From positions 1-30,616 of the forward strand of contig NIVC01003465.1 of the NCBI GenBank assembly GCA_002269645.1: a stretch of DNA of 30,616 bases, read 5' to 3'. Below the pieces are notes generated by a model that saw only the letters and a list, made by a program, of their open reading frames with translations, had not been told where the DNA came from and ran no database searches. This DNA is from Macrostomum lignano (lineage: Eukaryota). How positions within the stretch are numbered: the stretch's first letter is position 1; each line of letters begins with the position of its first letter. Below, piece by piece: positions 26,739 through 30,616 of the stretch. The translations under genes were made by a program, and so were the position numbers.

Positions 26739-28208
26739 TCATGCATCCCGGTGCTGAGAGTCATGCATCCCGGTGCTGAGGGTCATGCATCCCGGTGCTG
26801 AGGGTCATGCATCCCGGTGCTGAGGGTCATGCATCCCGGTGCTGAGAGTCATGCATCCCGGTGCTGAGGGTCATGCTTCCCGGTGCTGAGAGTCATGCAT
26901 CCCGGTGCTGAGGGTCATGCATCCCGGTGCTGAGAGTCATGCATCCCGGTGCTGAGAGTCATGCATCCCGGTGCTGAGAGTCATGCATCCCGGTGCTGAG
27001 AGTCATGCATCCCGGTGCTGAGGGTCATGCTTCCCGGTGCTGAGGTCATGCATCCCGGTGCTGAGGGTCATGCTTCCCGGTGCTGAGGGTCATGCTTCCC
27101 GGTGCTGAGGGTCATGCTTCCCAGTGCTGAGGGTCATGCATCCCGGTGCTGAGGGTCATGCTTCCCGGTGCTGAGGGTCATGCTTCCCGGTGCTGAGGGT
27201 CATGCTTCCCGGTGCTGAGGGTCATGCATCCCCGGTGCTGAGGGTCATGCATCCCGGTGCTGAGGGTCATGCTTCCCGGTGCTGAGAGTCATGCATCCCG
27301 GTGCTGAGGGTCATGCATCCCGGTGCTGAGAGTCATGCATCCCGGTGCTGAGAGTCATGCATCCCGGTGCTGAGAGTCATGCATCCCGGTGCTGAGGGTC
27401 ATGCATCCCGGTGCTGAGAGTCATGCATCCCGGTGCTGAGAGTCATGCATCCCGGTGCTGAGAGTCATGCATCCCGGTGCTGAGGGTCATGCTTCCCAGT
27501 GCTGAGGGTCATGCATCCCGGTGCTGAGGGTCATGCTTCCCAGTGCTGAGGGTCATGCTTCCCGGTGCTGAGGGTCATGCTTCCCGGTGCTGAGGGTCAT
27601 GCATCCCGGTGCTGAGGGTCATGCATCCCGGTGCTGAGGGTCATGCTTCCCGGTGCTGAGAGTCATGCATCCCGGTGCTGAGGGTCATGCATCCCGGTGC
27701 TGAGAGTCATGCATCCCGGTGCTGAGAGTCATGCATCCCGGTGCTGAGAGTCATGCATCCCGGTGCTGAGAGTCATGCATCCCGGTGCTGAGGGTCATGC
27801 TTCCCGGTGCTGAGGGTCATGCATCCCGGTGCTGAGGGTCATGCTTCCCGGTGCTGAGGGTCATGCTTCCCGGTGCTGAGGGTCATGCTTCCAGTGCTGA
27901 GGGTCATGCATCCCGGTGCTGAGTCATGCTTCCCAGTGCTGAGGGTCATGCTTCCCGTGCTTTCGGTCTGAGGGTCATGCATCCCGGTGCTGAGGGTCAT
28001 GCATCCCGGTGCTGAGGGTCATGCATCCCGGTGCTGATCATCCCGGTGCTGAGGGTCATGCGCCCGGTGCTGAGGTCATGCATCCCGGTGCTGAGGGTCA
28101 TGCATCCCGGGCTGAGGTCATGCATCCGGTGCTGAGGGTCATGCTTCCCAGTGCTGAGGGTCATGCTTCCCGGTGCTGAGGGTCATGCTTCCCGGTGCTG
28201 AGAGTCAT
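26739..28208. repeat. 22-bp minisatellite TCATGC(A/T)TCCCGGTGCTGAG(G/A)G, about 67 units
   Basis: Period 22; indel-rich after about 27890. Confidence 0.97.
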
Positions 28209-28701
28209 TAATTAAAAATGTTCAGGCAACATGGCAGCTCAGCCACCTACGGGAACTGTTGGAAAAATGAAATGTTGGCTCTCTTTAAACACAAAATATG
28301 AGATGAAGAAGTTTTCTCTTCCTAGCCAAGGCACGTTGCAGAGAAATTTGAAGAGATGGAGCACCGGTCAACTCAAGTGCTGCCCCCAGCTCAACACTCA
28401 ACAACAAGCCGTGCTTGGCTAATGGAATTGCTGAGTAAGCAGGAAAAGTCAGCAAAAGCCTCCACAAAAGTCTTCTTCTTCTGGCTGATTGATTCTCTGG
28501 CCGGCAAGGACCGGCTCAAATCGGGAAAATTAGGATCGCGCTCAGCTATAGAACTAATTGAAATGAATATTAAGGAATAATAGTTAATGTGCCAATACTA
28601 ATAGCCAAGTTAGTATGAAAAAAAAACAAAAGCTTGGGCATTTCGCAATTCCTGTGGTTTTCACCTTGAAGCCATGCTTCGCTGGGAAGTGCATAGCCTA
28701 G

Positions 28702-29006
28702 TTCTGAACTTTCTGAACTTTCTGAATTTTCTGAACTTTCTGAACTTTCTGAACTTTCTGAACTTTCTGAACTTTCTGAACTTTCTGAACTTTCAAAAAT
28801 TTCTTAACTTTCTGAACTTTCTGAACTTTCTGAACTTTCAAAACTTTCTGCCAATCGTTTCAAACTTTCTGAACTTTCTGAACTTTTTAACCTTTCTGAA
28901 TTTCTGAACTTTCTGAACTTTTTAAACTTTCTGAACTTTCTGAACTTTTTAAACTTTCTGAACTTTCTGAACTTTCTGAACTTTCAAAACTTTCTGCCAA
29001 TCGTTT
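28702..29006. repeat. 9-bp repeat TTCTGAACT
   Basis: Visible directly; the LNF ORF is an artefact. The block TTTCAAAACTTTCTGCCAATCGTTT occurs twice. Confidence 0.95.
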
Positions 29007-29049
29007 GAATCAAACCTTGGAGACAACGCCCACCAGCTCGTGTAGACGA

Positions 29050-29501
29050 AAACTCGCTACAAACTTACAGGTAAACTCGCTACAAACTTACAGGTAAACT
29101 CGCTACAAACTTACAGGTAAACTCGCTACAAACTTACAGGTAAACTCGCTACAAACTTGGTAAACTCGCTACAAACTTACAGGTAAACTCGCTACAAACT
29201 TACAGGTAAACTCGCTACAAACTTACAGGTAAACTCGCTACAAACTTACAGGTAACTCGCTACAAACTTACAGGTAAACTCGCTACAAACTTACAGGTAA
29301 ACTCGCTACAAAACTTACAGGTAAACTCGCTACAAACTTACAGGTAAACTCGCTACAAACTTACAGGTAAACTCGCTACAAACTTACAGGTAAACTCGCT
29401 ACAAATACAGGTAACTCGCTACTTAAGTAAACTCGCTACAAACTTACAGGTAAACTCGCTACAAACTTACAGGTAAACTCCCTACAAACTTACAGGTAAA
29501 C
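29050..29501. repeat. 23-bp minisatellite array B, same family as 25481-26303 (mostly the TCGCTA variant)
   Basis: Same unit and orientation; about 20 units. Confidence 0.95.
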
Positions 29502-29638
29502 TTGGGTGAGGTATTGCCCAATTAGTACCAAAACATCCTGGCAACTTCCTCTATCTAGCTAACGCATTTCGCAGCGATAACCTGCTTTCGAGTGAAAATG
29601 ACACAAAGTGTGGAAATCACACACCATGCCTCGTTTAC

Positions 29639-29668
29639 CTGCCAACTGTTGACTGAATAGCTGACAGT
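29639..29668 (-). CDS. Candidate 30-nt micro-exon, possibly of the minus-strand gene
   Basis: TTTTTCAG| ... CAG|GTAAAC with all three frames open; no homology support. Confidence 0.25.
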
Positions 29669-30277
29669 CTGAAAAACGATAATAAATTATTTCAATACTT
29701 TAAAAACTTTGAATAGTTATTGTAAGCGCAGGCCAAGTACAGCTAGGAACCGATCAAGTTTGGACCATGGGATCTCTGGATGCCTCAAACCACATGATTT
29801 CTGGCTTACTGATGAGCTATTGAGAACTAATGAGTCCATATGATGCTGTGTAGGAAGGGCATGGCAGTGAATTTAGAGCAATTTAAAGAGAGAGAGGGCG
29901 GGAGAGGGGCGAGTTACCGCGCACACTCAAGTTCACGCTGAATGAGCTTAACTCAGCATATTTTGCCCTACTCAATTAACTCAGCTAGCGCTTTCATCTC
30001 ATCAACAGGAGACTGGAGAGAAGAGAGTGTGTTTAAAACAGAGGCGACAGCGTTAAGCTGTCTCTCAGGTATGGCGGCGGCGGTGCGAAAACTGATTAAA
30101 AAATTCTTTTTGTAGAAGAGGGACTGCTAATGAGCGAGACTGGGACCGGCTGGGAAGTGCCGTCATTGTTGCTGATGCTCGCTTTGTTTTTCTTACTATC
30201 CTTTGCCGTCTTTTGTCCTTTCTGATGTCTGCACACTTGTTAAAGCTTCGCTTCCGCTAGTGAATTGCATTCATTTA

Positions 30278-30616
30278 TCCCCCGTCTCTCCTGTCTCACT
30301 CTGTCTCCTTCCCTGTCTCATCCGTCTCTCCCTGTCTCATCCCGTCTTTTTCCTGTTCATCCGTCGTCTCTCCTGTCTCACTCTGTCTCCTCCCTGTCTC
30401 ATCCCGTCTCTTCCTGTCTCATCCCGTCTCTTTCCTGTCTCATCCCGTCTCTCCCTGTCTCACTCTGTCTCCTCCCTGTTCATCCGTCTTCCTTTCATCC
30501 CGTCTCTTCCTGTCTCATCCCGTCTATTCCTGTCTCATCCGTCTCTTTCCTGTCTCATCCCGTCTCTCCCTGTCTCACTCTGTCTCCTCCCTGTCTCATC
30601 CGTCTCTTCCCTGTCT
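30278..30616. repeat. ~20-21-bp pyrimidine-rich minisatellite (CCTGTCTCATCCCGTCTCT), runs off the window end
   Basis: Visible directly; irregular units. Confidence 0.92.

Noticed and set aside
28309-28365. KKFSLPSQGTLQRNLKRW as a P-element transposase LPS..TL.R motif
   Set aside because: Isolated short match with no other transposase motifs or terminal repeats.
29808-29840. CTGATGAG as a hammerhead core
   Set aside because: No downstream GAAA or stems.
30060-30240. Short hydrophobic plus-strand peptide (MSETGTGWEVPSLLLMLALFF...) or a K-rich minus-strand terminal exon
   Set aside because: Too short, strand ambiguous and without homology.

Overview
Eukaryotic, intron-rich and very repeat-rich DNA. 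GC-rich exons, AT-rich introns and dense 9-53 bp minisatellites resemble a flatworm such as Macrostomum, but the species is my inference. The window holds a complete 9-exon BBS5 gene (+, 9077-12633, 389 aa) and the 3' exons of a convergent coiled-coil gene (-, 23575-26597). Between them, inside (TATC)n arrays, lie two apparently identical copies (2231-bp period) of a 5'-truncated, internally inverted Penelope-like retroelement (PLE). Each copy has an antisense RT-thumb-Cys-knuckle-GIY fragment, a sense C-terminal ORF piece missed by the ORF track, and a minimal type I hammerhead ribozyme just before the microsatellite. The junctions fit twin priming by the microsatellite, and the usual RT-endonuclease linker motif appears to sit at the C-terminus. 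There is also a tRNA-derived SINE with a 10-bp target-site duplication and about 16 tandem arrays. Most ORFs in the supplied track are repeat or antisense artefacts. All homology calls are from motif recognition; no searches were run.
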